Source of the DNA: Macrostomum lignano
Taxonomy: Eukaryota
NCBI GenBank assembly: GCA_002269645.1
Contig: NIVC01004256.1
Location: forward strand, 1-52,938
DNA: 52,938 nucleotides
Direction of reading: 5' to 3'
Shown here: one piece after another, positions 35,803-50,300 of the stretch
Numbering within the stretch: the stretch's first letter is position 1
Layout: each line of letters opens with the position of its first letter
Translations under genes and position numbers: made by a program
Notes under the pieces: model-generated
Databases searched by the model: none
What the model was told of the DNA's origin: nothing
Seen by the model: the letters and a program-made list of their open reading frames with translations, nothing else

Positions 35803-35991
35803 CCCCTGAGCAGGCGTGTACAGCAGCCCTAACTTCATGCATTGTTAGGATGTACACCCAACTGTTCATTGCGGGTTAGCCCTCTAGCAAGGCCCGTTGA
35901 TTGCAAGATTGTACGAGCGGACCAAAGCTGAGATTTCAATTTAGCCTTAAATTAATATGACAATGTTACTGCACTTGGATTCGAGCCTAGG
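35803..35991 (-). mobile_element. Diverged, truncated copy of SINE family A
   Basis: Reverse complement contains AGGCTCGAATCCAAGTGCAGTAACATT and AAGTTAGGGCTGCTGTACACGCCTGCTCAGGGG, matching 15939-15965, 16075-16097 and 16143-16156. Confidence 0.75.
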
Positions 35992-38387
35992 CCAATATCG
36001 TTTAATTTTTTTTGCAAAAATGCAGAGTTTCCTTTTGTTTTAATTATCTTTTGTTACTCTAGAAATATTGAAATATTTTAAAAAGTCTGGATTCCAAGAC
36101 ACCAGTTTTCGTTTTCTCCAATTACCACCAAACCGTTGTGAATTATTTAGTTCCTTGTTTAAAATGTTCCCTAGCAGAAATGTCATTTTCTCGTTTTGAG
36201 TCCTTATTTTGTATTGTATTTCTTCAATTCAATATCACTTTTGCATTTTAATCTAAAATATGTTGGTCATTATGACGTGAATTATATGTTAATAGCCAAC
36301 AATTTGCATATCAACAGTAAACTTGTAACGAGTAAACTTGTTACTTGATTCTATTGATTTACTATTTTATGTATAGTATTTGTGTCTGCATTATGTGACA
36401 AAGTAACTGTAAACTATAAATTTAAGTAATAATTAATGATTTTTGTCTTCTTTGTGCAAGGGTAGATCTAGAATTTTTTTAGGCTACCCTACAGCCTAAG
36501 GCCTTCAAAGCCTAAATGTATTTGTGTATCTAGTTTTTGGTTATACCTTTGAAATGAAAATTTATCCAACTTTTATAAATATATAAAATGCTATATACAA
36601 ATACAAATCTAATATATATTAGTTGTGTTATATTATTATAGAAGTAGTATACCATATGTCCATAGTCAAGATCATGGCATGCCTGCACCAGAATAAATCC
36701 TATCAAAAAAGTTAGATAGTGCCATGCACCAGAACAAATCCTATCAAAGAGGTTTGTTTGCACTGTGCACTGGAACAATTCCTATAAAAAAGTTTGATTA
36801 CATTGTGTATTAAAACTTTTTGAAAAAATTCAAAAATAAATAATTTTCTATTTGAAAAATATTGGTAAAACTTATATTTTAATCTGTTTCATAGAAAATT
36901 CAATGTTGACATAAAATGATTAAAAAGCTGTTAATATAGCTATTATAGGCCTACCGGAAAACAAAAAGTGCTAATAAAAATAAATTATATTTTTTACCTG
37001 TTAGAAAAAATATTGTCTTGTTAGAAGTTTTTGTCTTATACCAAATTGTGTTATTTTTTGTCTTACACTGTACTATGCCAGATTTTTCTTCCTTGCCTGC
37101 TGTTACACCAAAATGCACTAGCATGGTGCATGTCCAACCTTTTTTGTGCTAGAATTTTCCATAAAAAAACCATCTTCCTGACTATAAGTAGTATATTATA
37201 TAATAATAAAAATAATAATAATCTTTTATATTTATTATTACAAGAATGGCATCATTGGCATAGTATATGAAATTGCTTAGTTAGTCTTAGAATAATATAG
37301 ATTGAGTTAAATTTGCAAATTAAAAAGTATTCCAAAAAAACTTAAAAAAATTAATAGTAAACAAAGCCAAAGAGGCAAAATGCTATATAATTCTTTAAAT
37401 AGGCTAATTCTAAAAAAACGAAAACTTTAAATAAGAGATGTTATTTTATACCTAATATGTATGATATTAGTTAAAAGAAGATAGTGAAATATAAGTGCAC
37501 TAAATTTTAGTTGTTCTTATTGATGATTAAAAAATTTTAATTTTTTAGCATGAATCTTTTTTAATAGAATTATTGTCTAATAGAATTTCTACGTTATTGT
37601 ATATAATGAATCTTATTAAGCTAGATAATCATAGTGAATTAGTTCTATTAAAAAGGCATAATAGATAAATAATATAATTATATTAACATTTTTATTTTGC
37701 TTAATTTATGTTTTTGTCAGATTTTTTAAAGTAATTTATTTATATTAAAAATATATGAGCCTATAGTATAAGGGATTTTATAAAAGTTTTTAGACTTTTT
37801 ATTATATATAGTTATTATGTATAGGGTTGCTTAAATGAATAGAAATTTTTATCAATATTTTCTTTCAATTTATTTTATTGAATATAAAGTTTCACAATAA
37901 TACAATTTGCTTGCCAAAATTTGTAAGCATTTTAAAGCTTTTCCTAAGATATTTCTATCATAATTTTGAAGTTTACATTTTTTATATAGGAAAATAGGAT
38001 ATTGGTGCCAAAAATTATCATGGGTATGACTTTGCATGGCATTTAACTTAGCTATTAATTGAATAAATTTTCAAATCAATATTTATTGCTTTTTTACTGC
38101 TCCTTAATAAAGTTTTACATAGATGCATTTGTGTCATAGATAAAAAACCTTGGACAAAAACCATAGACAAAAGCCATGGACCCTTCAGCAAACTGTAAAA
38201 TCCCATTCACTAGTTGTAGGCAATATAAATGTATTTTTATGATTATTTATGCTGCTGTTAGTTACATGGTGCTTAATTATTGTTGGTGACTCATTAGATA
38301 GACTGGTAATGGAAAACAAAACTGAATAGAAAAATAGAAACCACCTGTCATTATTCCAGATAATTACTTCAGCATGTAGTAATTAGC

Positions 38388-41300
38388 ATGTCAAGTTGCA
38401 ATCATCCACCCAATCAGCTGCGCAAGCGATGCACAGCCTGCAGCATTGTGACATCCAAGCTGCATGGCAAATTCTGCTCAGAGTGCCGAGCTCACGAGTC
38501 ATTTGAATATTTCTGCACCCAGTGCATCAGTGGCACTGTGTTGAACTGCCCACATTCGATTGCCAACTGGCAGAAACGCTGCTCCAAAAAGGATTGCAAT
38601 GAGGTTGCAGAAAATCTTGGCAGCAAATTCTGCTCAGAATGCGGAGCTGAAAGTTCTTTTCAGGTCTTCTGCAATTGCTGCAATGGCCAACAAGTTGCCA
38701 ATGCCAGTCTGCCTTCAAACAGCCAGTCAGCTTCTTCATTGCCGCTGCCACCAGAGCAAGCCAGTCTTGTCCCTCCATCTTTGCCTGAAAATAGCAGCTG
38801 CACATCGCTGACTCAGGTGCAACTTTATCATCCAGAGCTGCTCCAACAGGAGACTGGATTCGGGGCTACATCTGATAGGCCAATGACTAGTGGTAGCAGC
38901 TCAGAGCATGGGCAATCTCAGCCTGATACTGCTGGGCATAATCCGGTCGCCTCAACTTCGGAGCAGCCAGCCCAGTCACACACATCTGCCATGTTGTTTG
39001 GTCCTTTGTCTGCCAGTCCATCGGTCTACCAGCAGCAGCACCAACTGGACACTGGGATGTCTGCCAGTCTTTTTAGCCAGCAGCTCCAACCAGGCGCTGG
39101 GATGTCCGTCAGTCCGTCTGACCAGCAGCTCCAACTAGGCACTGAGATGTCTGCCAGTCCATCTGATCAGCAGCTGCAGCAGCATCTAGACACCCAGGCA
39201 TCTGCCAGTCTGTCTGACCGGAACCAAGTCCAGCAGCAACCAGCTCAGATGTCTGCCAGTCCATCTGACCGGAACCAAGTCCAGCAGCAACCAGCTCAGA
39301 TGTCTGCCAGTCCATCTGACCGGAACCAAGTCCAGCAGCAACCAGCTCAGATGTCTGCCAGTCCATCTGACCGGAACCAAGTCCAGCAGCAACCAGCTCA
39401 GATGTCTGCCAGTCCATCTGACCGGAACAAAGTCCAGCAGCAACCAGCTCAGATGTCTGCTAGTCTATCAAACCAGAACCAAGCCCAGCAACTGACTGAG
39501 AGTTCATCCAGTCAGCGTCCTCAGGGAGCAGTTGAACTTACACTTGAAGCTGGTAACTCAGTGCCTTCTAGCGTGTCCGACCAGGGCTCAGAAGTTTTAT
39601 CACCGCTGATAGATCACCAGAGAAAGCGACTAAGTCCTGCTGTTGAGGCGCAAGTCAAATCTAATGATCTGAGTCTGATCGAGTCTGATTCTTCTACAAT
39701 GCCTGCTTCGAGCAGCACAAGCGCCGACGACGCAAAACGTCAGAAGCTTGACGACGCTTCCCGCAAGTCTGTTGATTGCGATCTAGACACAAATAAGCAG
39801 ACCGAGACGGACAAGGGCAGTGTCTCAGGTGTCAGTGGCAGTCTAGCTGAGTCGGTCAGTGGCGCAGGTGACTGCAGTCGCCATGGCGAAATTAATGCTC
39901 AAACTGATGACGCGAACACGTGCCAATCAGAAAATAGCCAAGCTGTGCAGTCACCGAAGACTGCTGGATCAACTGATCAACAACAGTCTGAACCAGGTGT
40001 AAACTCTAAAATAATCTCTGACTCTGGCAGGAATCAACCTTCAACAGAAAAGAAAAGTGGTTCTGCTAGTACCACAGATGACACTTTGACAAGTCAAGCA
40101 CCAAAAAGTGCTGAACACGGAGAACCAATGGACACAGATGATGATGAAGGCTCTGTCAGAGGTCAAAACAATGAGAATTATACTGGAAAATTCTCGTCCG
40201 AGTCTACGGATCAAGCAGTACAAAACTTAGGCGCGAAACTAGGTGAGATTCAAATGGCCGATGCTAACGGAAATGATTCGTTATCCAAGCAACCGGCTTC
40301 GCAGCCTACTGAACCTACAGGCGAATCGAAGACAACAGAAAAGCTTTCGAAAACTAAAGTCCCAAAAAGCGGTGACGATTATCATCGAATCGTAATGAAC
40401 GCGTTTCCAAACGATGATCTCATCAAAGTTAAGCTGCGTTTTTTTCTGGACATTGGGTCGTTAAATTTTAATCCTAGCAAAGACGAAATCATATTGGTGA
40501 TCTGCCACGAGTCTCTCGGCGGTGGCCATGCGCACAAGTCTCCTTTTATTATGGGTAGCGATTGCATTAAAGATTTTGCTCTGCAAGACGAGGCCAAGCT
40601 TAAATTAATTCACGTCTCTGCATCGTTTCTGCTGCCGAAAAGTCTGTTAAACAAAGGATTTGACTACAAGTATGCGGTCAAAATAGACAGCGCCTGGCAA
40701 GAGGCTGGTGAAAAGCGCCATATGCGATCTAAAAGCGAGCATCCGCTTTTTCAGTTTGACGGTCTAGTACAAATACCTGATAAGCAATTACAAGAGCGTG
40801 TAACCCGCTCTTCTGCTAGCGTTAATTATGAAAATTGCTTGCTGCAGTATCGCCTAGTGTCCGAAAGTCTGCTAGCAGAGATGGCCGATAGCAAAGGCTC
40901 TGGACCCACTGCTGTGCTTAATACTATCGGCTCAATGCTTGACACTGTAAAAATTGATCAGCACGATTACAGGATGAAAGATTTGAAACCACGCGTAAGT
41001 TTAAAGTTTGTAGATATTGAATTGGGAACTTATAAAGTTTTTCAAAGCTTCTTTAGCAAAAGTCGGTTCTGGCGCTAAAGGTTTGAAGTTGCGAATAGGA
41101 AATTAAAAATAATTTTAAACTATAGAGTTCTGAGTCTTTGACTAATGAACCTAACTTTACGAGTATGGTCTCAGCAGTAGCTGTATATAGAGTTTTGAAA
41201 GTAACATTATATTACTGAAAAATTAAATTCATTAGTAAATGTAGCCCTTGTGTATTCAAGACTTATGGTGTGTTCTATGCAAGCATTTTTCGCCTTACCA

Positions 41301-44300
41301 CCATCCTATCTTACTACTTACTTGAGCAGACGCTGAAGAATATGCTGGAGCGAATCGCCGACTCTCCCAGCAGCTTTGGTTTCTCTGACGACGCAGATAA
41401 AACCTGGAATCAGTGGCTCTGTTGTGTCCGGCTATTTCTGTTCGCCTCTTACAACAGAATGCTTCCATTTCAGAGGCATTGCTCTTTTCAACTAAAGAAG
41501 GATCACGGCATTACAATTTTGAAGCTTATTTTGCCTCCCATCAGATCCTATTCAGAATCATTTCCTTCTATTAGCAAGTGAGTGGTTTTCACGTTTTTCG
41601 TTTATTGTCAAGCTACTGGCCATCAAGGATACTATAATTACGAGTATTCTGCCCGCAGCAATGTGACTAGAAGATTTTCGGATGCTATTCAAGCCATATC
41701 CGAGTGCAGCGATTTAGATTGTCTCCCCGAGCTGTTGTACCTGGCTCCAGCTTACCATCTTATTGTGCTGGGCTTGCAACCGTTTGACTCGAGCAGTGTC
41801 TATGAAACGTACGGGCTACGGCACAATGCTCCCGATCCTGACTGGTGGGGCCTGCATGGAGTCCCTTTGGTCTTCGTTGACAAAATGAAAAGACTAAGAG
41901 ACGGGTAAGAGTTTCCTTCACAAATATTTTTGCGCTTAAATTGTTTTTCCAAAATATATATTTGTATTATTTTCATATTTGTCTTTTGTGCATTTTTTGC
42001 ATAAAATTGTATTTATATGCTTCCCACCTGATTTTTTCAGCTTGAACTATCAATGGCTTGAAGAATTTCTGACTCGGTACGGCGAATTCGATCCTCTGCT
42101 AGACAGATTTTGCTTCGCTGTAGCAAAGGAGAGCGACCTGCCTAATCTGCTGAAGCTAAAATCAGCTAGTCCGGAAGTTAAACTCGCAGTTTGCCTTTAT
42201 TTTATGGTTTGCAGCTCCCACGGGATGGGCAGGTACCATGGCGAAATTCTGGTAATTATATATGCATATAATTACCATTTGCCATTTGTTAACAATACAA
42301 TATTTTATATTTATTTTTGCTAATCATTGTTGAAAGCCAAATATAATTCGTGTAAATTGTAGGAACTACTAGACGTGATTCCGATTCGGCAACTCCAACC
42401 TAATTCATTAAGGCTTTGTCTATTTATCGGTGCTGATCTTTGTGAAGTGACACAACGAAAAACTATTTTACACGCGAGATACAGCGATATGGCAAATCAG
42501 CTGAGGTATGCATTGGTCAACTTTGTTCTTCAATGCCACCTGGAAATTAAGCGGCGTCTTCGCATGGCACCTACCGATGATAGTCTTTGCAAAGATGACG
42601 AAGTGTCTGGCTTGCGTCTCGTGCAGCTTGAATTTCATAATTTAGTTATTGGTGACAAAACTTTCGTCTCGGGGCTACTTCAAAACCTCGTTTCGAGTGT
42701 TATGGTAATGCTGAAATATGCCCATACGTGCCAATTTTTATTCAACGCATCTAACTTTAATATATCTTATTAAACTTTCATTTCCTTTAAAGAGGTATAA
42801 CTTATTTTACGGAACGCTAAAGGCATACGAAGAAGTGAATGCATCAGAGTTGACTCAACTTTGCTCCGAGTCGTTGAGAGAACTCTTGTCTTTGGTATCT
42901 AAAGTAAGATTCTGTGCTGTCCTTTTTCCTTTAATTTCATTTGTAGTTTTAATTATTTCAAAAACCTATCTTTATATTTTAGGACCTCATGATGGATCTT
43001 TTTAACACAGAAAATGCTATCTCTCTGCTGGAAGTCACAATGACAGGAATTGTGCTGCAGATTCTCTTGGAAAAGCTTGAAGGCGGCTCGCATAAAGGAG
43101 CTTTTTCAGAAAATTTGGTTTGTTTTTTTTATGTTTCCAAAATATTGATAAGCTTTTAAAAATTTCAGTAGAAACTGTAAGTCAGGCCACCCCACTTCAT
43201 CGTCCTGTGAATTCATATATTTTATTGTAGCTACATCGAACAATTTTTAGAAAAAGGCATGGAAGGAAATCAAGAGCTTCTTTGATAGTAAACACCGCTA
43301 CTCGACAAAGATCAGCGAAGTTATGTCCAACATGATTGTAACCATGAGTAACAAGTTTAAGCGATCTGAGGCCCAGCACAGTATCGATCGGTCGCTAGTT
43401 TTCGTGCTGGAATGGCCCATTGCAACTCATCTAATCGCTGAGCTCAGTAAGAAATCGATTTTTTATTAGTAATTTTCCATTTTTACTCACAAAATCCTTT
43501 TGTGAAATATCTTTATTTGCCCATAACTTACTATGCAAGACCATTCTAGGACAAAGGCTGCTTCTATTTTCACCAATATTTTGTTTCAAGTACTCTCTTA
43601 CAGTCTTACACCTGTCTGTTTTGTTCGTTTCCATCTGACGTCTGCTTTATTTGCTTTCTTTCATTGCAGATCGCGATGGCCTCTCTGATCGATTCTCAAC
43701 CGAAGCGTTGAGTATTCTAAAGCATTGTTCCTCTTCTGGCTCAGCATTCCTGAGGCAGCTCTCCGCCGTTGAGTTTGTAAACTATGGAGATGTGGAATAT
43801 CTGTCAAAGCAGCAAGATGCGCTAGAAACTCTTTCGCGGGCTCTCAAAAACAAATCGGACATTAAAAATCTTGTGGAAACTGCTGTTGAAATGAAGCAAC
43901 AATTTGATGGTACACTGGAAGTATTAAATAATCTTCTTAATTTTCTACAACAGTTGACCGACTCCCAACTGGGTAAGCGATAATTTTTTCTTCTCTGTAT
44001 TTGTTGACTTATTTCTTTTCAGTATTTTAATATCACTAAAATTATTTTTAGTGGATCTGGAAGGATTTCGGAATTCACTGTCGTCAAGTAATTTAAAGAG
44101 AGTAGGTCTGGGATTTTTGTAGACCCACAGGCGCCAAAAAATGCTTTGCAGTTAAAGTACTTTGGAACTTTGGAGGAGTTTGAAAGCATAATTATTCAAC
44201 TTGTGCCGAGATTTGAGCAGTTATCGCGGAGCAAAACCTTTGAACGGACATTTGCCAAAGCAATGCGTCTGCAATTTAAGCGAAACAATCAGCAAAGACT

Positions 44301-47300
44301 GTCAATAGATCTCATTGTAGCGTGCCTCGCTGCCTCAGTTGAAGAGTGGGACGCTCAAGTTAAAAATCTGATGTCTGATGATGCCACTGTGCACACGGTT
44401 GAAACGTTTTTTGGCAACTTGTCGAAAAGCCCAACAGAATTAGCCGAGGAGTTTCGGTGCTTCCAGTGCGGATGGGACCAAGATACTTGGATGGAATACC
44501 TGCGCAAGATTTTGTTTGCTCTACGGATGTCCAGCTATTCGAAAACTGCTTCTGCCATTATTAAAGTTTCCGAAAAATTCGGCATGACAGGTGAACTCCA
44601 GATGTTAAAAAGAGTTCTCCAGATGGGTGAGAGAAGCCTGGACACGCCTCTGCGCAGCATCGAGACGGCTCACATCGAGCAGTTCGACTACCTTGAAGAA
44701 GTTTCAAAGGACGAAAACTTTGTCCCATTGATGGATGCAATTAGTAAGAGCTACGACTTCTGCATGTGGGTTCGAACTAATGTTCAGAGACAGGATTTAA
44801 AAACATTTTTTGACCTAGCAATGATTTATCTAGGTGATTCTGGCGATATGGAACAGAAGAAAATCGAGACATTTAATCAAGTAGTCAGTGAGTTCGATGG
44901 AATCATTTACGATCTAGGTGAAGCGAGAGAGCAGCAATCAGCAACAGTCGTTGGATTGCTGCGGCTGTGCGGTGAAGTTCTAGCAAAGGTAAAAACCAAT
45001 CAGACGTTAATTAAAGATCTGACAGACACCAGCGCTCGTTTGGACTGGATTAAAGCCGTAAAGGAGAATCAAGGCTCAGTGGAAAAGTCCACGATAAAAA
45101 AAATTGAGGCGATCGTTGCGACTGGCTTCATTTATTTAGGCTGCCAGGTTGACAGAAAAGAGCCATTTTTAATGAAAGCTACTTCTGCTAGTGAAACGGA
45201 TCCAGATAATCATGAAGTAATGGAGTTTGATCTCGATGATGTGAAGGACCTTCAATCCAAGCTTATGCTCATAGCTGGTCAGTCATACGAAAACAGAGAT
45301 CTTTTAGATCGGTTCATTAATTTGACTGCAAGTATTTTCAGATTGATTGAGGTTTACAAAGAGTTCAATTTGCATTGTTGTGTTTTGTGCGAGAAAGTTT
45401 TCATGAAGTTCAACCTTAAAACTGGAAGAAAGAATAACGCTTCTATAGAGCTGCGCTACTGCAATCCACCAAAGAGTATCAGGTACTCTTACAGCAACAT
45501 TACCGCGGGTCTAACCGATCTCTCTAATGTTTTTCAAGATTGCCTTAACGAGTGGAAAGAGATCATTCAACGTGTCAGAGTATCATATCACTCACTAAAC
45601 TTTTTTAATCTTCGTCAAATTAGAATTCTTCAGACCGACTTAGCCCCACTGTTCTGCACAGCTGATGCGACTGACGAAGTTGGATCAGTTTTGCTTCATC
45701 TGTTGGGCTATTTGAGCCCGAACTGTACGATTGAAGATATTAATAGGAGTGTGGATGAGGTTGTTGTTGAACGAGCTCAAGGCTCTCGCAAACAGGCGCA
45801 AAGTGACGACACTCATTCTATAATAACTGAGCATCTGCGCGACGAAGGATTTAGCGAAGATATCATCAAGCAGACTGCGCGCATCCTCTTTCGAAACACC
45901 GATCTCGATGATCTGCCCACAGTCGAAGAGCTTCAAGCGCAGGCCACAGATTTGGCTTACAAAGTAGAGAGAAACACCGTCACACAGGCTGACAAGCAGC
46001 CCAGAAAAGAATGGAAAACTGCAGATCAAGAGTTGATTGCTGCAGAAGTTGGTAACCTATCGGCGCATGATGCTTTCAGTCGACTTTGGAAGATTTACAT
46101 AAAAAATATTGACACATCTCATAAAGACTTCCTTAGCTTCAAAGATGTTGCACTGTTTCTAAATCATATTGGAAGTCAAAGATCTAGTCATAGATCTCAA
46201 CGGAAGCTGCGAAAAAGTTTTCGAGATCATTTTCCACCTGGAAAACCGATGTCGCTGACTCTTGAACCGAGCGAACAGTTGCTAGTAGCATTGCACCTAT
46301 TTCAGCAGGCATACGATTCTCTTCCTCATTTTGAGGAGGTGCTAATTTGTAGCGAAGAGACTAACGAAGAAGAAATTACGGTGTTCTTACACCGCGCTAT
46401 TTTAGACCAGAGCCCAAACTCTCTTTATGTGATCATGAATGCAGATAAATTGACGTATGATCTGTCAGTGGTTGCTGAAGAAAACTTTAGCGCACTTCTA
46501 GACCGCGTCAACAGCCGAACAAACTCCTATCTTTTTGCACTTTCATCATCTGAAAGTCAGAAACAATATCCATTCTGCAACGCTCTCAGTCTGTTTCAGA
46601 AAGATCTACCTACCAAACCCAACCAGAAGAAAATAACTGATTGGGTTGCACAGTTCATGATAAGGGAAGCAGGTCCAGCTCACAGCAGCTTTCTTTGGAT
46701 CACTTCCAATCGTTCAGGAATGGGGAAGTCGCACCAGTGCAATGAGATTGCTAAGGTCCGATCAAGAAAAGTTCCTCACGTATTCAGCTGCAGTGATTCG
46801 CACCTGGATGTCGACAAGCTGTATAATTTCTTTGCCAAAGCAGAAGATGAAGACAGGCGGCCGCAGACATTTCACCTGGATATTGCTCGTGAAGTACAGA
46901 CAGGCTTTGAAAATGTCTTCACTCAGCTTGCAATGTTTGGAGCCATCACAGACTCAAGCGGACGAATTTGGCGCAGAAGAAGAGAAGACCTGTACTTGCT
47001 GGAACATTCGAGAAATTATCTATTCAAAACAGAGTTCTTCGTACTTCGATACCTGCCGTCAATCACTTGTGTTTCGCCAAGCGACGCTTTGAGGCAGCTC
47101 GAAGCAGGTGAAATGGCATCAGACTGGCAACCGCTGATCAGCGATTCGCGTCTGCAAAGCGCCGTGTGCAAGCGACCTGCAGTGTACCTGGCATCGCTAG
47201 GCAATAGAAATGCTGCTCACTGTGACCTAGAAGCGCAAATTCCTTCAATTGAAATCGTGCGTCTGCTTTTAGAAAATTGCGGCATTGATAATCCATCGTG

Positions 47301-50300
47301 GCTTGAGCTGAACAACTTCGCCAGATTTTTCAACGGACAGCTTGTTGACTTTGAGCGATCACCTTTCTGTGGGCCACTAGCCGAGCAAGACCTACCTGGC
47401 TTCAGAAGATTTGTGCTTTCCTGTCTTTTGCTCATGTCCAAAGATTTTTCAAGTCGCTCATTGAACATCGCTGATGAGAGCGAAGCTGCACAGCCAAATG
47501 CAGAGAATGATCGTCCACTGATTGAGAACTTTGAAGTCCGCCGTCGTTGGGAGCACACCTCTCACCCCTATCTGCTGTTCAATCAAGACGGCACGACCTT
47601 TACATTCGTTGGCTTCACAGTGAGTCAACAAGGTCATCTCTTGGACAGCGCGACCAACGCTGTTGTACAGGAAGGCATCATGAGTCCGCAGCTTTACCAG
47701 AGCCTCATCGCACAACGTGTTCGTCTTCAAGAGCGGTTCGAGGATCTGAGTCGGCAGAATAAAATTGAGAGAATGAGAATGGTGTTCGGTCACTCTGACA
47801 CTAATTTCCCGGACCCCGATCCGTCCTATGAGCTGACTATGGACAACGTCAAGAAGATGCTGGCTATCTACATGCGGTTCAGGAGCGAGATTCCTGTCGT
47901 TCTGATGGGCGAAACGGGCTGTGGAAAGACTAAGCTTGTCGAGTTTCTGGCTCGAATCATGCTGCCAGCTCAATCCGACATTTGCAACATGCGAATTCTG
48001 AAGGTCCACGGTGCTGTAACAACTGCCGATGTGGTGAAGGCAGTCCAGGACGCTGTTGAGTTGTCACGTCAGAACCACGCAGTGACTCCTTACACAATTC
48101 TATTCTTTGATGAAGTAAACACGACCAGTGCTGTCGGTCTGATTAAGGAAATCATGATTGACGGCAGAATCAATGGTGAGAGGATAAGCTTTGCCTATGG
48201 ACTGAGATGCATTGCCGCTTGCAATCCTTACCGCAAGCATCCCGAATCGACAATCAAGAGACTGGAGAACAGTGGACTTGGATACAGAGTGAGAAAAGAG
48301 GATACTCAGGATAAATTCGGAAATGTTCCGATGCGACATTTGGTTTATCGTGTAAAGCCGCTGCCTCTCTCCCTGATCAGCGTTTTGTGGGACTTTGGCA
48401 GTCTCTCTGATGACTCTGAAAGGAAGTACATTACCAGAATGGTTGAGTCCAGACTTCGGACCTCTCCAGCGCAGAAGGCACGCCTTGTAGAGCTGGTTGC
48501 AGCATCACAACACTTCATGCGCAATACGGATGATGAGACAAAGTATGTTTCACTGAGAGAAGTCGAGAAGGTCATAGTCGTGTTCCAGTGGCTTTCAAAT
48601 GGATTGCTAGCACAGTTGGACGCTCGAGATGACGGAGATTCTGATTGCAATGAGGAAACTCTAATCGAAATTATGGCTTTAGCTTCGTGCTATCTGAGTC
48701 GCCTGCCAAAAGAGAACAAAAATGGCTATCTCGAATTGCTGTCTCAGGTTCTGAATGCAGGTCTGAGTCCTCATGACATTATGCAAATCATCACCCAGTG
48801 TCATCAAAGGCTTTTAAATGACATTTCGGAGCATCTGCCAAAGTCAATTGCAAAGAACGAAGCTCTTAGAGAAAATGTCTTCATGATGGTGCTTTGCATC
48901 ACACTTCGAATCCCATTGTTTGTTGTCGGAAAGCCTGGAAGTTCCAAGTCGCTCGGAAAGTCGATTGTGAAGAGCAACATGTTGGGAACAAACTCACAAG
49001 GCGAAATATTTCGCCAGCTTCCAAATACGCAGATGCTGTCGTTCCAGTGTTCCCCATGGTCAACTTCTGAGGGAATCATCAAGACGTTCGAACAGTGCTC
49101 TCAACTGCAGAAAGAAAAGGACCTCGATAAGTTCGTCTCCGTGGTTATTCTTGACGAAGTCGGTTTGGCAGAAGACAGTCCCAAGATGCCTCTAAAGGCA
49201 CTTCACCCGCTTCTTGAGGAAGGCTACTTTACTGACTCCTTGCAAACAGCTCAAAACAGAAAGCATAGCAAAGTTGGCTTCATCGGTATCTCGAACTGGG
49301 CTTTGGACCCGGCCAAAATGAACCGCGGACTGTACTTGTTGCGAGACGTGCCCACGCACGAGGATCTACTGGATACGGCAAAGGGTATCTGCCAAAATCA
49401 GGTTCGAAAAGAGCGCGTTCGATTACACCTGGAGCCCGTAACTAAGTTTTACGAGAAAATATACGACCACACGCAGAAGGAGAGAGAGTTTTTTGGCCTT
49501 CGTGACTACTTCAGTTTGGTAAAGCATTTGGCCTCAAAGTCTACCCTGAATCTTAGGACTGTGGCTCAGTGCATAAAGAGAAACTTCAGCGGATTCGGCG
49601 ACTTGGATCCAGTGGACTTCTTTGCTAAAGAAATTGTTGGGAGAGAAATCGACTTGGGAAATTATTCAGCCATCAGAGATGCTCTGCGATCCACTGGTGA
49701 GGAGCAGCGATACCTGCTGCTTATCACGGAAAACTATTCAGGCTTTAAGATTTTGCCTCGACTGCTAGAGGACCAAGAGCATGATCAGCAAGTGAGCATC
49801 ATCTTTGGCAGCAGCTTTCCAAAGGACCAGGACTACTCGAAAATCTGCCTGGACATCAATCGTATTAAGATCAGCATGGAGCGAGGCAGCACTGTTGTCC
49901 TGCTGAACATGGACGCTCTGTATGAGAGTCTTTACGATGTTTTAAACCAGTACTATGAGCAGTGCGGTGACGATCGCTTTGTCGATCTTGGACTTGGCAC
50001 CCACCGGCTCAAATGCAAGGTGAACCGGAACTTCCGCATGATTGTCGTTGCTGAGCAGACAACAGTGAGAGAGCGATTTCCAATTCCATTGATCAATCGG
50101 CTTGAGAAGCATAAGCTCACGACATCTGCAGTTCTGGTAGCGGAGCAACAAGAGTTTGTTAGCAAGCTCAATAGTTGGGTGAAGTCTTTCTACCTTCAAG
50201 GACAACTGGCAAAGGGCGAAAATCCCAGCAATGTGTTTGTCGGCTACCACGATGATGTGATTTCATCTCTTGCGCTAGAGTTCGGATCCGATGAAGAGGC

